From assembly GCA_964291395.2 (NCBI GenBank), contig OZ219856.1:1728001-1792000 (forward strand): 64,000 nt of DNA, read 5' to 3'. Source of the DNA: Alphaproteobacteria bacterium. GTDB taxonomy: Bacteria > Pseudomonadota > Alphaproteobacteria > UBA2966. A program made the position numbers and the translations under genes. Under the pieces are notes generated by a model, which did no database searches, was not told where the DNA came from, and saw nothing but the letters and a program-made list of their open reading frames with translations. How positions within the stretch are numbered: the stretch's first letter is position 1; every line of letters starts with the position of its first letter. Shown here piece by piece: positions 44,943-55,590 of this stretch.

Positions 44943-47612
44943 ATGGCCCAAGCAGAGGCAATCCAACTTCGGCACACCGTCTTGCATGACTGGCACGTGG
45001 AAGCCCGAGCCCGGATGGTCGAGTTCGGCGGATGGGACATGCCGGTCCAGTACCCCACCGGGATCGTGCAGGAGCATCTCTCGACCCGCCGGGCCGCCGG
45101 ATTGTTCGACGTCTCGCACATGGGCCGCTTCCGGATCAGCGGCGCCGGTGCCGAAGCTTTTCTTATGTACGCCCTGACCAACAACGCGCAGGCGCTCGAT
45201 CCGGGTTTGGCGCAGTATACCCTCATCGCCAACGAGACCGGCGGTGCGGTAGACGACGCCTATCTCTACCGGCTCGCAAAGAACGACTTTCTGCTCGTCG
45301 TGAATGCGGAAAACCGAGGCAAGGACTGGATTTGGCTGGAGGGTCTCAAATCCGGGGAGGTCACGTTCGCCGATGAGAGTGAACGCCTCGGCATGATTGC
45401 GCTCCAAGGTCCGGAAGCCTCACATATCCTGGAGCGAATCGTTGACGGCAGCGAACTCCCGGAAAACAAGCGCAATCGGCTTCGCGCAATCCGAATCGAT
45501 GGCCACGAGGTGATCATCGCGCGCACGGGCTACACCGGCGAGGCCATCTGTTTCGAGATCTTTCCCGAACGCGATTTCACGGTCGAGCTGTGGCAAAAGT
45601 TGGTCGATGCGGGTGCCGTTCCCGTCGGGCTCGGTGCCCGCGACTCGTTACGTCTGGAAGCAGGTTTACCGCTTTACGGACATGAGCTCGGTTTGGATCC
45701 GGAGGGACGCGAGATCCCGATATTTGCCAACGGTCTAGCCCGTTTCGGCGTCCGGCCCCTGGGCAATCAGGATTACATCGGACGGGCCGAACTCGAAAAA
45801 CAGCAGGATGAATACGTTCACATCATGCGCCGGGAACTCGACGCGCCGGTGGAGCGGCGCCTGCTCACCCATATCATTCAGCCAATCGCCGTCTTCGGGG
45901 ACCGCAAGCCGCTGCGCTCCGGATTCAAGGTGTATTTCGACGGGGCGCACGCCGGATACGTGACATCGGGGACCAGCGTTCCGTTCAGCGGCTTCCGCGG
46001 TCAGGGAATCACGGCGGCACCGTCGGACTCCCATGAGTTGCGGCCCATCGGTCTCGCCCTGCTGCGCTCCGACATCCTCTACGTGGCCGATCGCCCGGTA
46101 ACCCTAGAGGTCGAGGATGCCCGCGGCAACCGGACGACGGCCGAACTGGTAGAGCGCAACCTCTGGCCCGTCACTCCTTACAGCCGTCCCTATACCGGCT
46201 TTCGGCACGTTCCCGAGCCACCACGGACGGACCTCTCCGGCTTGACCGAACTCGCCCGGGACTTAAGGAGGGAGTCAGCCGCGAACAATCGCTGGCGGCG
46301 GGCGGAATGCATCAATCTGATCCCATCCGAGCAACCGACCTCAAGCTTTGTCGACTCACTGATGACCTCCGACCCCGCGGGCCGATACAACGAGCACAGC
46401 CGGGTCAAGGCGCTCGGACCCGCTGCTCCCGACGTGCGTTACTACAAGGGCACGTCGTTCATCATGGATAAGGAGGAGGAACTCTGCGCCGCCCTGCGGA
46501 CGTTCTTCGGCTGTCATAACGTGGAGCCGCGGGTGGTTAGCGGCCAGATGGCCAATGACACCGTGTACGATGCGCTCAAGCAGTACCGCAACCGTTTGCG
46601 CGGTGGAGACCCGAAGCCCATCGGCCGGATCCTCGTGCACGACCTCAACAAGGGTGGCCACCTCAGCGCCCAGGTGGCGGGCGCCCTCAAGAACTACATC
46701 GATCTCGACCCCCGCACCCGCCGGCCCGCGGTCGAACACTTTCCGTTTCAGAAGGAGAACCCCCACCGCATCGATGTCGGCGCGACCAAGGAATTGATCG
46801 CCCGAACCCGGCCGGAGCTCATCGTTTTCGGACGTAGCGTCATCATCCACACGGAGCCGATCCGCGAGATCGCGGAATTCGTTCACGCGCAGTTCGGAGC
46901 CGACAACCCTGCACGGCCGATCATTCATTATGACGCGGCCCACGTGCTCGGCCTGCTCGGCCCATATTTCCAGGATCCGTTCGCGGAGGGGGCTGACCTC
47001 GTCACCGGCTCCACCCACAAGACATTCTTCGGACCACAACGGGGAATCGTGCTAGGCAACATTCCGCCGGGGTCGGTATTCGAGCCTCTGTGGGACTACA
47101 TCAGTTCGCGAACCTTTCCCGGCCACGTCAGCAATCATCATCTCGGCACGATGCTGGGCCTCCTCGGTGCCACGTACGAAATGCTTGCCTTCAAGGACGA
47201 CTATCCGAAGCAGGTGATCGCCAACTCGAAGGCCTTCGCACACGGGTTGGTGGAGAACGGCATGGCGCTCGAAGGTGATCCAGAATGCGATTATACGGAT
47301 ACCCATCAGGTGCTGATCCGTACCGCCCGCAGCCGCGGGGAGTTCATCGCCAGCCTGTTCGAGGCCAACAACGTCATCACCAATCCACAGGCCTATTGGG
47401 ACGACGCAAGTTTCGCCGTCGCCAGCGGCGTACGCACCGGCACCCAGGAAATGACGCGCTACGGCATGAAGGAGTCGGACTTCGTCGAGTTGGCCGCACT
47501 CGTCGCCGACATCGCCCGCAACGGCGAGACCCAGCCTGACGGTCACTGGAAGGAGCAGGTGAAAGCGTTCCGCGCCCGCTTCAGCGAGATGACCTATTGC
47601 CTGGGGTGCTAG
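44943..47612 (+). CDS. Fusion: glycine cleavage aminomethyltransferase GcvT + serine hydroxymethyltransferase
   Basis: N-half: FGGWDMPVQY, GLFDVSHMG, RTGYTGE, GLGARDSLRLEAG. C-half: INLIPSE, DAAHVLGL, GSTHKTFFGPQRG (PLP lysine), FPGHVSNHH, SGVRTGT. One uninterrupted ORF. Confidence 0.92.
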   Translation: MAQAEAIQLRHTVLHDWHVEARARMVEFGGWDMPVQYPTGIVQEHLSTRRAAGLFDVSHMGRFRISGAGAEAFLMYALTNNAQALDPGLAQYTLIANETGGAVDDAYLYRLAKNDFLLVVNAENRGKDWIWLEGLKSGEVTFADESERLGMIALQGPEASHILERIVDGSELPENKRNRLRAIRIDGHEVIIARTGYTGEAICFEIFPERDFTVELWQKLVDAGAVPVGLGARDSLRLEAGLPLYGHELGLDPEGREIPIFANGLARFGVRPLGNQDYIGRAELEKQQDEYVHIMRRELDAPVERRLLTHIIQPIAVFGDRKPLRSGFKVYFDGAHAGYVTSGTSVPFSGFRGQGITAAPSDSHELRPIGLALLRSDILYVADRPVTLEVEDARGNRTTAELVERNLWPVTPYSRPYTGFRHVPEPPRTDLSGLTELARDLRRESAANNRWRRAECINLIPSEQPTSSFVDSLMTSDPAGRYNEHSRVKALGPAAPDVRYYKGTSFIMDKEEELCAALRTFFGCHNVEPRVVSGQMANDTVYDALKQYRNRLRGGDPKPIGRILVHDLNKGGHLSAQVAGALKNYIDLDPRTRRPAVEHFPFQKENPHRIDVGATKELIARTRPELIVFGRSVIIHTEPIREIAEFVHAQFGADNPARPIIHYDAAHVLGLLGPYFQDPFAEGADLVTGSTHKTFFGPQRGIVLGNIPPGSVFEPLWDYISSRTFPGHVSNHHLGTMLGLLGATYEMLAFKDDYPKQVIANSKAFAHGLVENGMALEGDPECDYTDTHQVLIRTARSRGEFIASLFEANNVITNPQAYWDDASFAVASGVRTGTQEMTRYGMKESDFVELAALVADIARNGETQPDGHWKEQVKAFRARFSEMTYCLGC

Positions 47613-49156
47613 GCTTGGCCGCGTGCCGGCATGCGGATCAGAGCGAGAACGGGCAGACACAGGAGACTGGCCACCGCCAGCCACAGAAAGTCGTCGCTGT
47701 AAGCGACGGCCGCGGCCTGTCGGGTCGCCTCAAGATTAAGCGCCGCCGCACCGGCGGATTCGGCCAAGCTCCAGAAGTCGGGAAGCGGCAGGTGACGCAG
47801 GGTTTCGTTGAACGGTGAGGCATAGTCTCGGAGCACGCTCCGGTTGGCCTGAGTCTCCCTCACCACGTAGGCCACGGCCAGGGAAACTCCGACACTGCTG
47901 CCAAAATTCCGGCTGAGGGAAAACAGTCCTGTCCCTACGTCCCGATACTGCCTGGGCAATGTCGAGAATGTCACCACGCTGAGCGGCACGAAATAGAACC
48001 CGACGCCGAACCCGTGGGCAAACACCGCGGCGTAGAACAGCCAGCGCTCGAATTCGGGCGTGAACAAGGACATCTGCCAGTTGGCCCAGACGAGGGCGGC
48101 GATGCCGACGGCCATCAGGGGCACCGGATGGACGCGCCCGACCAGCCGTCCGCCCGACATCGAGCCCACCGCATTACCGGCGGCCTGCGGCACCATGACG
48201 AGGCCCGTCAGGAACACCGGATAGCCCGCCAGCGACTGCAGGTACGGCGAAATCAACGCCAAGAACGCCAGCCAATGGATGCCCAGCATGAACATCAGCA
48301 GCAGGCCAACCATGAAATTGCGATCGGCGAAGACGGTCCGGGGAATGAAGGGTCGGGAGGAGTAAATGCTGTGGACGACGAAGAAGTACAGGGCGACGGC
48401 GGCGAGCATTGAGGCCATCACGATCTGGGGCGCCGAGAACCAGTCCATCCGCTCGCCGCGGCTCAGTACGATCTGCAAAGACACCAGTCCCACCGACAGG
48501 ATCAAAAAGCCGACCAGACCGAAGGGTTGAACGCCGGGTCGCCGTGCCCGAGTCGGTGCGAAGATATAGATGATGGCGAAGGCGACAACGCCGAACGGTA
48601 CGTTGATGTAGAAGGCCCAGCGCCAGCTGTGGAATTCCGAGAGATAGCCTCCCAGCGCGGGTCCCAGGACGATGCCCACCATGACCCCAAGCGACCACCA
48701 ACCCATGGCCTTGCCCCGCTCCTCGGGCGGGAACGCGTCGAACACGAAGGATTGGGAGATGGGGACCAGGGGCGATGCGAACACGCCCTGCAAAAACCGA
48801 TACATGACGATTTCCCGCAGGCTTTCCGCCGAACCGGTGAACACCGAGGTGACGCAAAAGCCGACGGTGGTGATCAGGAACAGGCGCCGGCGACCCAAAT
48901 GACCGGTCAGCGTCCCCGTAAGCGGCATGAAGATCGCGACCGCGATGAGATAGGCGGCCAGCACCCAAGCGATCTCGTCCTGGGTCGCCGAGAGCGATCC
49001 CTGGATGCGGGGCATGGCCACCGTGGCCATGGTGGTATCGAGTACCTGAAGATTCGCTCCCAGCACGACTCCGGCAAAGATCAGCAGACGGTAGCGCATG
49101 GGCGCATCTGGAGGGATGGACTCCGGGGTCGCGGGCGAGGATTCCTGAACTGTCAT
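47609..49156 (-). CDS. DHA2 family (EmrB/QacA) MFS efflux permease
   Basis: LDTTMATVAMP, WRWAFYINVPFG, about 14 TM helices. Confidence 0.92.
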   Translation of the reverse strand: MTVQESSPATPESIPPDAPMRYRLLIFAGVVLGANLQVLDTTMATVAMPRIQGSLSATQDEIAWVLAAYLIAVAIFMPLTGTLTGHLGRRRLFLITTVGFCVTSVFTGSAESLREIVMYRFLQGVFASPLVPISQSFVFDAFPPEERGKAMGWWSLGVMVGIVLGPALGGYLSEFHSWRWAFYINVPFGVVAFAIIYIFAPTRARRPGVQPFGLVGFLILSVGLVSLQIVLSRGERMDWFSAPQIVMASMLAAVALYFFVVHSIYSSRPFIPRTVFADRNFMVGLLLMFMLGIHWLAFLALISPYLQSLAGYPVFLTGLVMVPQAAGNAVGSMSGGRLVGRVHPVPLMAVGIAALVWANWQMSLFTPEFERWLFYAAVFAHGFGVGFYFVPLSVVTFSTLPRQYRDVGTGLFSLSRNFGSSVGVSLAVAYVVRETQANRSVLRDYASPFNETLRHLPLPDFWSLAESAGAAALNLEATRQAAAVAYSDDFLWLAVASLLCLPVLALIRMPARGQA

Positions 49157-49351
49157 GGCGTGTTCATCCGCTCTACCATAAGAGCGGAACGATCTGATTT
49201 GCCTCTTCCTCAGGTGACCACTTTTCGCGCCTGAATAGCCCGTTGATCTCGAGCTGTAGGAACTCGGGTCGTATGAATGAGCGCCCGAGCGGACGCAAGC
49301 AGCGTTTGACGGCGGCGGCTACCTCATCGCTGCTCCGCCAACACGTGGCGA

Positions 49352-49396
49352 GCGGGCGACAAGGGATGCGGGAGCGGTCGTCGAACCGGAATCACT
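49352..49396 (-). repeat. Dispersed palindromic repeat copy 3 (degenerate), directly after the ilvD stop
   Basis: Reverse strand reads AGTGATTCCGGTTCGAC-GACCGCTCCCGCATCCCTTGTCGCCCGC, which aligns with copies 1 and 2 with a 3-nt gap. Confidence 0.55.
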
Positions 49397-51121
49397 TCAG
49401 ATGTCGGCGTACTGACGAACCTCCGCGTGACCGCCGGGATGGGTCACGGCGCCCTTCTCCGCCGAGCCGACCGTCTGGGCATACTTCCACAGCGTGCCCG
49501 ACTGGAAGTCAGTGGTTCTAGCAGTCCACGACTCCCGACGTTTGTCGAGCTCATCTTCCGACAACTCGACGTCGAGCGTTCCCTTCTCCGCATCGATATG
49601 GATGATGTCACCGTTTTCGAGCAGACCGATCGGCCCACCCACCGCCGCCTCGGGACCGATGTGACCGACGCAGAAGCCGCGCGTCGCGCCGGAAAACCGG
49701 CCGTCCGTGATGAGCGCGAGTTTTTCGCCCATGCCTTGGCCGTAGATCGCAGCCGTCGTCGACAACATTTCGCGCATTCCGGGACCGCCACGAGGTCCTT
49801 CATAGCGAATGACAATGACGTCACCCTCCTCATACTCCTTGTTCCGCACCGCGTCGAAGGCTTCCTCCTCGCAGTCGAATACCCGTGCGGGACCCGAGAA
49901 CTGGAGACGCGCGAGGCCCGCGATCTTCACGATTCCGCCCTCCTGCGCGAGATTGCCCTTGAGGCCGACCACGCCACCGGTCGGGCTGAGGGGGTTCGAG
50001 ACCGGGCGGATCACGTCCTGGTCATCACGGAACGAGAACTCCTCGAGATTCTCGGCAACGGTCCTCCCCGTCACCGTCAGACAGTCGCCGTGCAGGAACC
50101 CGCCGTCCATGAGAGTCTTCATCAACACCGGCACGCCTCCCGCCTCGTACATGTCCTTGGCGATGTACCTGCCGCCAGGTTTGAGGTCCGCGATGTAAGG
50201 CGTTCGCCGGAAAATCTCACAAACATCGTGCAGGTCGAAATCGATTCCCGCCTCGTTGGCGATCGCGGGCAAATGGAGACCGGCATTGGTCGACCCACCC
50301 GACGCGGCGACCACGGTCGCCGCGTTCTCCAACGCCTGCCGTGTCACGATGTCGCGCGGACGAACGTCGTTCGCCAGAAGATTCATCACGGCTTGGCCCG
50401 ACGCTTCGGCCAAAGCGTCCCGGGATTCGTACGGAGCCGGCGCCCCGGCCGACAGCGGCAACGCCAGGCCCATCGCTTCCGACACACAGGCCATAGTGTT
50501 GGCGGTGAATTGCCCGCCGCACGAACCGGCAGACGGACAGGCCACGCATTCGAGCTCGTGCAGCGTTTCGTCGTCCATATTGCCGGCGCTGTGCATACCG
50601 ACGGCCTCGAACACGTCGACCACCGTGACATCCCGGTTTTGGAAGCGCCCCGGCAGGATCGAGCCGCCATACATGAACACGGCAGGCACGTTGAGACGCA
50701 CCATCGCCATCATCAAACCCGGCAAAGACTTGTCACATCCCGCCAGCCCCACAAGGGCGTCGTAGGCATGTCCGCGCATGGTGAGCTCGGTCGAATCGGC
50801 AATGACTTCGCGACTCACCAGGGAAGACTTCATCCCCTCGTGACCCATCGCGATGCCATCCGTCACTGTGATGGTGGTAAACTCTCGTGGGGTGCCGCCA
50901 TTTGCGGCGACACCCTTCTTTGCCGCCTGAGCCTGGCGGGACAAAGCGATATTGCACGGGGCGGCTTCGTTCCACGTCGTCACCACGCCGACCAAAGGCT
51001 GATAGATCTCCTCTTCACTGAGACCCATCGCGTAGAGGTAGGAGCGATGCGGTGCCCGCTCCGGCCCGACCGTCGAATGACGGCTCGGCAGTTTCGATTT
51101 GTCGAAGGTCTTGACGTCCAT
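49397..51121 (-). CDS. ilvD: Dihydroxy-acid dehydratase
   Basis: [55 protein letters not shown]. Confidence 0.97.
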   Translation of the reverse strand: MDVKTFDKSKLPSRHSTVGPERAPHRSYLYAMGLSEEEIYQPLVGVVTTWNEAAPCNIALSRQAQAAKKGVAANGGTPREFTTITVTDGIAMGHEGMKSSLVSREVIADSTELTMRGHAYDALVGLAGCDKSLPGLMMAMVRLNVPAVFMYGGSILPGRFQNRDVTVVDVFEAVGMHSAGNMDDETLHELECVACPSAGSCGGQFTANTMACVSEAMGLALPLSAGAPAPYESRDALAEASGQAVMNLLANDVRPRDIVTRQALENAATVVAASGGSTNAGLHLPAIANEAGIDFDLHDVCEIFRRTPYIADLKPGGRYIAKDMYEAGGVPVLMKTLMDGGFLHGDCLTVTGRTVAENLEEFSFRDDQDVIRPVSNPLSPTGGVVGLKGNLAQEGGIVKIAGLARLQFSGPARVFDCEEEAFDAVRNKEYEEGDVIVIRYEGPRGGPGMREMLSTTAAIYGQGMGEKLALITDGRFSGATRGFCVGHIGPEAAVGGPIGLLENGDIIHIDAEKGTLDVELSEDELDKRRESWTARTTDFQSGTLWKYAQTVGSAEKGAVTHPGGHAEVRQYADI

Positions 51122-51376
51122 CTCGCGATCTCCCTGGTCGCTCTCGGTACAAGCCGGCAGCCGTTGGTCCACCCGCGCGTAGGCCGCCTTTTCGGCCATG
51201 CCTCGGTGGCAAATTTTCGACGGTCCCACCCCACGAATGGGATGCCTAACGTTTCACGGGTATGCCCGAAAATCAATTCCTGCAATCAACGATGCAGGAT
51301 GGCCCGACCACCGACAACTCTCGACACCGAGACGAGGCGTTCTCACCTGCCTCTATCCGCGAAACCGCCTCCGGCA

Positions 51377-51766
51377 TCAGCCGTCCATCTCCACCGTGGG
51401 TTCGATCTCGAGGACCATGTCCGGCGACGCAAGCCGCGAAATCTCGACCAGGGTCGCCGCGGGGCGGCTGACGTAAAGCTCCTGGATGGCATCCCTCGCT
51501 TCCTGAAAGGCGTCCAGATCGGTGGTGTATATCGTCAAGCGGACGATGCCCCTGATGCTGGCGCCAGCGGCGTCGCAGACATCTTTGATGTTCTGGACGA
51601 TCTGCTCCGCCTGCTTGCGCATGTCGGCGGGACCGTTGATGGAGCCGTCGGGCAACCGCGCCGTGATGCCCGAGATGTGCAGCAACTTTCCCGTCGAGAT
51701 ATTACCCGGCGCGTGCGGGACGTCTTGCTCCCATGGCTTGCCCGTGAATACGGTATTCTGACCCAT
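51377..51766 (-). CDS. RidA/YjgF family protein
   Basis: LHISG, PAATLVEISRL...LEIE; GGAGG RBS. Confidence 0.88.
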   Translation of the reverse strand: MGQNTVFTGKPWEQDVPHAPGNISTGKLLHISGITARLPDGSINGPADMRKQAEQIVQNIKDVCDAAGASIRGIVRLTIYTTDLDAFQEARDAIQELYVSRPAATLVEISRLASPDMVLEIEPTVEMDG

Positions 51767-51894
51767 GTTTTTCCTCCTTGCTTCCGGCGGCTACCATTCG
51801 TTTGTCCGCGCATGAGCGAATTTCGTTCGCGTTACCTCACATGGACACCCGAACCTGGTTACACCTCTGGTTCGGCCAAGGCAATCTGGCGTAG

Positions 51895-52402
51895 ATGGGG
51901 ACTCGCAAGAGTCATCACGGGTGGTCAATCGGGCGTCGACCGGGCCGTGCTGGATGTCGCGGCCGAACTGGGTCTGCCTTGCGGAGGATGGTGTCCCCGT
52001 GGGCGCTGGGCGGAGGATGGCCCCATCGATACCTGCTATCCACTTCGCGAGACGCCGCTCCGCCGCGCCATCCAGCGTACACGCTGGAACATGCGCGGCT
52101 CAGACGGAACGCTCATCCTGGCGCGGAACAGGCCGCGCGGCGGGAGCGCCGTCCTACCGAGGCTGGCCGGCGTAAGCCATCCACGCACCGTAGTGAGTCC
52201 TGGAGACCCACGCGCGCCGGGCCGCGCGATCCGCTTCGTGATGACAAACGGAATACGGGTGCTGAACATCGGTGGTCCTCGGGAAAGCGAAGACCCAGGA
52301 ATCTATCTCGCCGCGAGGGCTTTTCTCCTACGGCTTTTCTCCCCATGCTGGAACCCGGCGAAGGCCACCGCCAAACACAGAACGAGAACAGGTCGACCAT
52401 GA
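51895..52402 (+). CDS. Putative molybdenum carrier protein (SLOG-fold); start ambiguous, possible 1-nt frameshift after ATG 51895
   Basis: VITGGQSGVDRAVLD, GGWCPRGRWAEDG, RTRWN..SDGTL, VLNIGGPRES in the last part of ORF 49427-52402. Confidence 0.8.
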
Positions 52403-53106
52403 CATTCACCATCATCGGGCGCTGCCAACGAACGGGCCGGTTGGGGATCGGGATCGCAACCTACTCGCTTGCGGTCGGATCCTATTGTCCGCACGTCAAG
52501 CACGACGTGGCCGCGCTCTCCAATCAGGCGTTCGTCAATCCGCCGCTGGGCCCAATTGCCATGGACCTTCTGGAAGAGGGCATGGCGCCGGAAGACGTCC
52601 TCGAGGACCTCAAGGCTCGCGACCCGCTGCTCGACTACCGCCAGATTGGCATCGTGAGTCGCTTCGGCGCGACGGCGTGCTGGTCGGGGGACAACTGCCG
52701 ACCCTATGTCGGACACGAGATCGGGGACGGATACGTCGCCATGGGCAACGCGCTGGCGGGACGTCAGGTCGTCGAAGCCATCGGTGATACTTTCCGGGGC
52801 GGCATGGACAATGACCTCGATGAGCGTCTGATGAGGGCGCTCGAAGCGGGACGCGACGCAGGCGGTCAGGCAACCGCCGACGGCGAACACATGGCCGAAC
52901 GCTCGGCAGCCCTTTACGTAGCGCAGCCGGACATGGCGGAGATCGTCGACCTTCGGGTCGACGTTCACGACACGGCCGTGGAGGAATTGCGGCGAGCGTT
53001 CGATGCCTACAAGCCGTACGTGGCCCACTATCTGTGGCGCTCGCTGGATCCGGCAACACTGCCGCCACAGGATGTGTGGGCCGCGGAACAGGGACTCGCT
53101 CCTTGA
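52399..53106 (+). CDS. DUF1028 family (Ntn-hydrolase-like) protein
   Basis: MTFTIIGRC, YRQIGIV, GNALAG, ALEAG..AGG, DLRVD.H; ATGA overlap with the upstream stop. Confidence 0.88.
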   Translation: MTFTIIGRCQRTGRLGIGIATYSLAVGSYCPHVKHDVAALSNQAFVNPPLGPIAMDLLEEGMAPEDVLEDLKARDPLLDYRQIGIVSRFGATACWSGDNCRPYVGHEIGDGYVAMGNALAGRQVVEAIGDTFRGGMDNDLDERLMRALEAGRDAGGQATADGEHMAERSAALYVAQPDMAEIVDLRVDVHDTAVEELRRAFDAYKPYVAHYLWRSLDPATLPPQDVWAAEQGLAP

Positions 53107-53122
53107 AGACTTATTCCGGCCG

Positions 53123-54124
53123 ATGAACACATCGCTCGACATGGCGGTGATCGGGGTTGGTCACTTCGGCCAATTCCATGCCGAAAAGATCGCGACTCTT
53201 CAAAGCGCGAATCTTGTTGCCGTCGCGGACACGGACACCAAACGGGCGCACAGGATCGGCAAGAAGTTCGATGCCGAGGCAGTATCGGATTTCCGAGACC
53301 TTTTCGGACGGGTGGACGCCGCCTGCGTCGTCGTGCCGACGAAACACCACTTTGACGTGGCCAGCGCTTGCCTGGAGAACGGCATTCACGTTCTGGTGGA
53401 AAAGCCGATCACCGATGATTTGGAGACGGCGAAGAGCCTCGTGAATCTGAGCGATCGGTACGGACGGGTGCTCCAGGTCGGCCACCTCATACGGTTCTCC
53501 GGCATCGTCGAGGCATTGCGCCGCCGAGTGAAACGTCCGCTCTACATCGACTCGGTGCGTATCGCGCCGTACAAACCGCGCGGCACGGACGTGAACGTAA
53601 TCCTCGACCTCATGGTGCATGATCTTGACCTGATTCTGTCGCTCGTGGATGCACCGCTGATCGGCCTCGATGCCGCGGGAGCTCCCGTGATCTCGCCGTC
53701 CGAGGATATTGCGAGCGCCCGGCTCAAGTTCGCGAATGGCTGCATCGCCAACATCACCGCGAGCCGCATCAGCCTCAAGACCGAACGAAAGATGCGCATT
53801 TTCGAGCCCGATACTTACATCACCATCGATTTTGATGCCCAGCGCATCCGGACACTCCGCAAGGGCAAGAAGTCGATGCTTCCGGGCATCCCCGAGATCG
53901 ACAGCGACGAGCGGCAATACGATGAGGGCGACGCGCTAGAGCGGGAAATCCGGTCGTTTGTGGACGCCATCCTGTACAACCGAGCGCCGGTCGTGTCGGG
54001 TGGGGACGGCGTAAAGGCACTGATGGCAGCCCTTCAGATCAACGAAAGCCTTCGCGCGCACTTGGAGTTCGTGCGCCAAGCCGACTCGCACATGCAGAGG
54101 GGCACCTCACTCGCGACGGAGTGA
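53123..54124 (+). CDS. Gfo/Idh/MocA oxidoreductase, GnnA-like (UDP-GlcNAc 3-dehydrogenase candidate)
   Basis: GVGHFG, HVLVEKP, R.TDVNVILDLMVHDLD, TASRIS...RKMRIF. Confidence 0.85.
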   Translation: MNTSLDMAVIGVGHFGQFHAEKIATLQSANLVAVADTDTKRAHRIGKKFDAEAVSDFRDLFGRVDAACVVVPTKHHFDVASACLENGIHVLVEKPITDDLETAKSLVNLSDRYGRVLQVGHLIRFSGIVEALRRRVKRPLYIDSVRIAPYKPRGTDVNVILDLMVHDLDLILSLVDAPLIGLDAAGAPVISPSEDIASARLKFANGCIANITASRISLKTERKMRIFEPDTYITIDFDAQRIRTLRKGKKSMLPGIPEIDSDERQYDEGDALEREIRSFVDAILYNRAPVVSGGDGVKALMAALQINESLRAHLEFVRQADSHMQRGTSLATE

Positions 54125-54220
54125 GAGATCGGCACTGCGGATCATTCGGCAGGTGCGCTGCCGTACCACGAGACCAGGGAGGGCTATCCCAGTAAGGACT
54201 CCATTGGCCCCTGCGGGGTC

Positions 54221-54889
54221 TCAGTTCTTCCGCCAGACAGTGGCCAGCCAAGGCTGTTTGTGGCGAGGCATCCCGGGCGGCCGGTAATAGTGATTCAGTT
54301 CGGCAAATTTCGCAGCTGTCAGATAGCCACGCCACGTCTCGAGATCATGGAAACAGTTGTAACGGTTTCCATACAGGCCCTCTTCATTGTTCCCTCGCGG
54401 ATTGGAGCAGAAGAGGACACCCATGGTCTTCAGAGTGGCGTGAAGCTCACTCAGGACGCGCGGTAATTCCTGGCTCGGTACGTGGAACAGGGCAGCGTTC
54501 GCGAATATGCCATCGAACTCCTCAGGAGGCAGGTCCATCGCCAGGAAGTCCTGGTGCAGAACTTCACAGCCCGAGTGGTCGCGGGCCATTTCGACGAATT
54601 CCTTCGCTCCCTCGAGCCCGACCGCTTCATGTCCTTGTGAGTGGAAGTAGGCCAGATCACGGCCCGGGCCGCAGCCGAGATCGAGAATGGTGTATGGAGG
54701 CACTGCCTCGATGGCGTCCAAAAGGACTGCATAGTTCTGACTGACATCGTGATCGCGCGTCCCTTCCCAGAATTGGCGGGACAGCCGACCATAGTCTTCG
54801 ATCGTTAATCGCGTGTAGTACTGCCATTCGCGGACATCCCCGCCCGCCGACTTCTGTTCCAGTGATTCTTTGGGCCCGCTCGTATTCAT
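54221..54889 (-). CDS. Class I SAM-dependent methyltransferase
   Basis: ILDLGCGPGRD and FDGIFANAALFHVP. Confidence 0.9.
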   Translation of the reverse strand: MNTSGPKESLEQKSAGGDVREWQYYTRLTIEDYGRLSRQFWEGTRDHDVSQNYAVLLDAIEAVPPYTILDLGCGPGRDLAYFHSQGHEAVGLEGAKEFVEMARDHSGCEVLHQDFLAMDLPPEEFDGIFANAALFHVPSQELPRVLSELHATLKTMGVLFCSNPRGNNEEGLYGNRYNCFHDLETWRGYLTAAKFAELNHYYRPPGMPRHKQPWLATVWRKN

Positions 54890-55590
54890 GATCTCGCGCG
54901 ATTCGACCCCGCATGGGCGCCGATCCGATTGTCGACTTGCTCGAGCAGCCGCTCCAATCGCCGATCCCTCACGCCCAACGCATCGAGATTGGACAACGTG
55001 TCGGCAAGATAGTCGCGGCACGAGCCCCGTCGCCCGTGTGCCTTGGCAATGTGGAAGGCAATCATCTCGGGTGCAAGGCCCGTCGCGTGTTGAAGGTGGC
55101 CCTGGCGCGCCACGAACGCCAGGGTATTGACCGTTCGATCACACAACCGAGCGGTGGTCCAGCGCGGCTCATAGCACGCGGTGTACATCTCGCGTCGCCA
55201 GACCAGATCGAACGCCGCCCTGGCTTCCCGGCGCGCGATTCGAAACGCGATACCCCGGCATGACCCCCCGGGCTCCAGGCCGAGGGACAGTCCCGGCATC
55301 TCCGGTGATCCCCTGGCCAATACCGTCCAAATGCAGAAACGCCGGCGATAGCCGTAGAGCAGCGCCGATGCGAATTCCTGAAAAGGGAAGACGCCACGGT
55401 CCCACATGAGCGACCCATACGTGAAGAGCCAGGGATCACCGGGCGGCATGCTGTCCATGGACTCGTCCAGCGAAGCATCTCGAACCTCGTCCGCAAGCGG
55501 TTCGAACGGCCCATCGAACCGGACGTGTGCCCCTGCCGTGGCAATCGTTCCCAAGGATCGGACCGATCGCCAGGACACAGCCTCACTCAT
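54886..55590 (-). CDS. ChaC family gamma-glutamylcyclotransferase
   Basis: WLFTYGSLMW, RG.PE.PGL.LGL, WRREM, G.C.DYL. Confidence 0.9.
   Translation of the reverse strand: MSEAVSWRSVRSLGTIATAGAHVRFDGPFEPLADEVRDASLDESMDSMPPGDPWLFTYGSLMWDRGVFPFQEFASALLYGYRRRFCIWTVLARGSPEMPGLSLGLEPGGSCRGIAFRIARREARAAFDLVWRREMYTACYEPRWTTARLCDRTVNTLAFVARQGHLQHATGLAPEMIAFHIAKAHGRRGSCRDYLADTLSNLDALGVRDRRLERLLEQVDNRIGAHAGSNRARS

Noticed and set aside
49427-51811. 991-aa ORF suggesting a large fusion ending in a Moco-carrier domain
   Set aside because: The first roughly 800 aa are antisense to ilvD and the RidA gene; only the final part has protein-family motifs.
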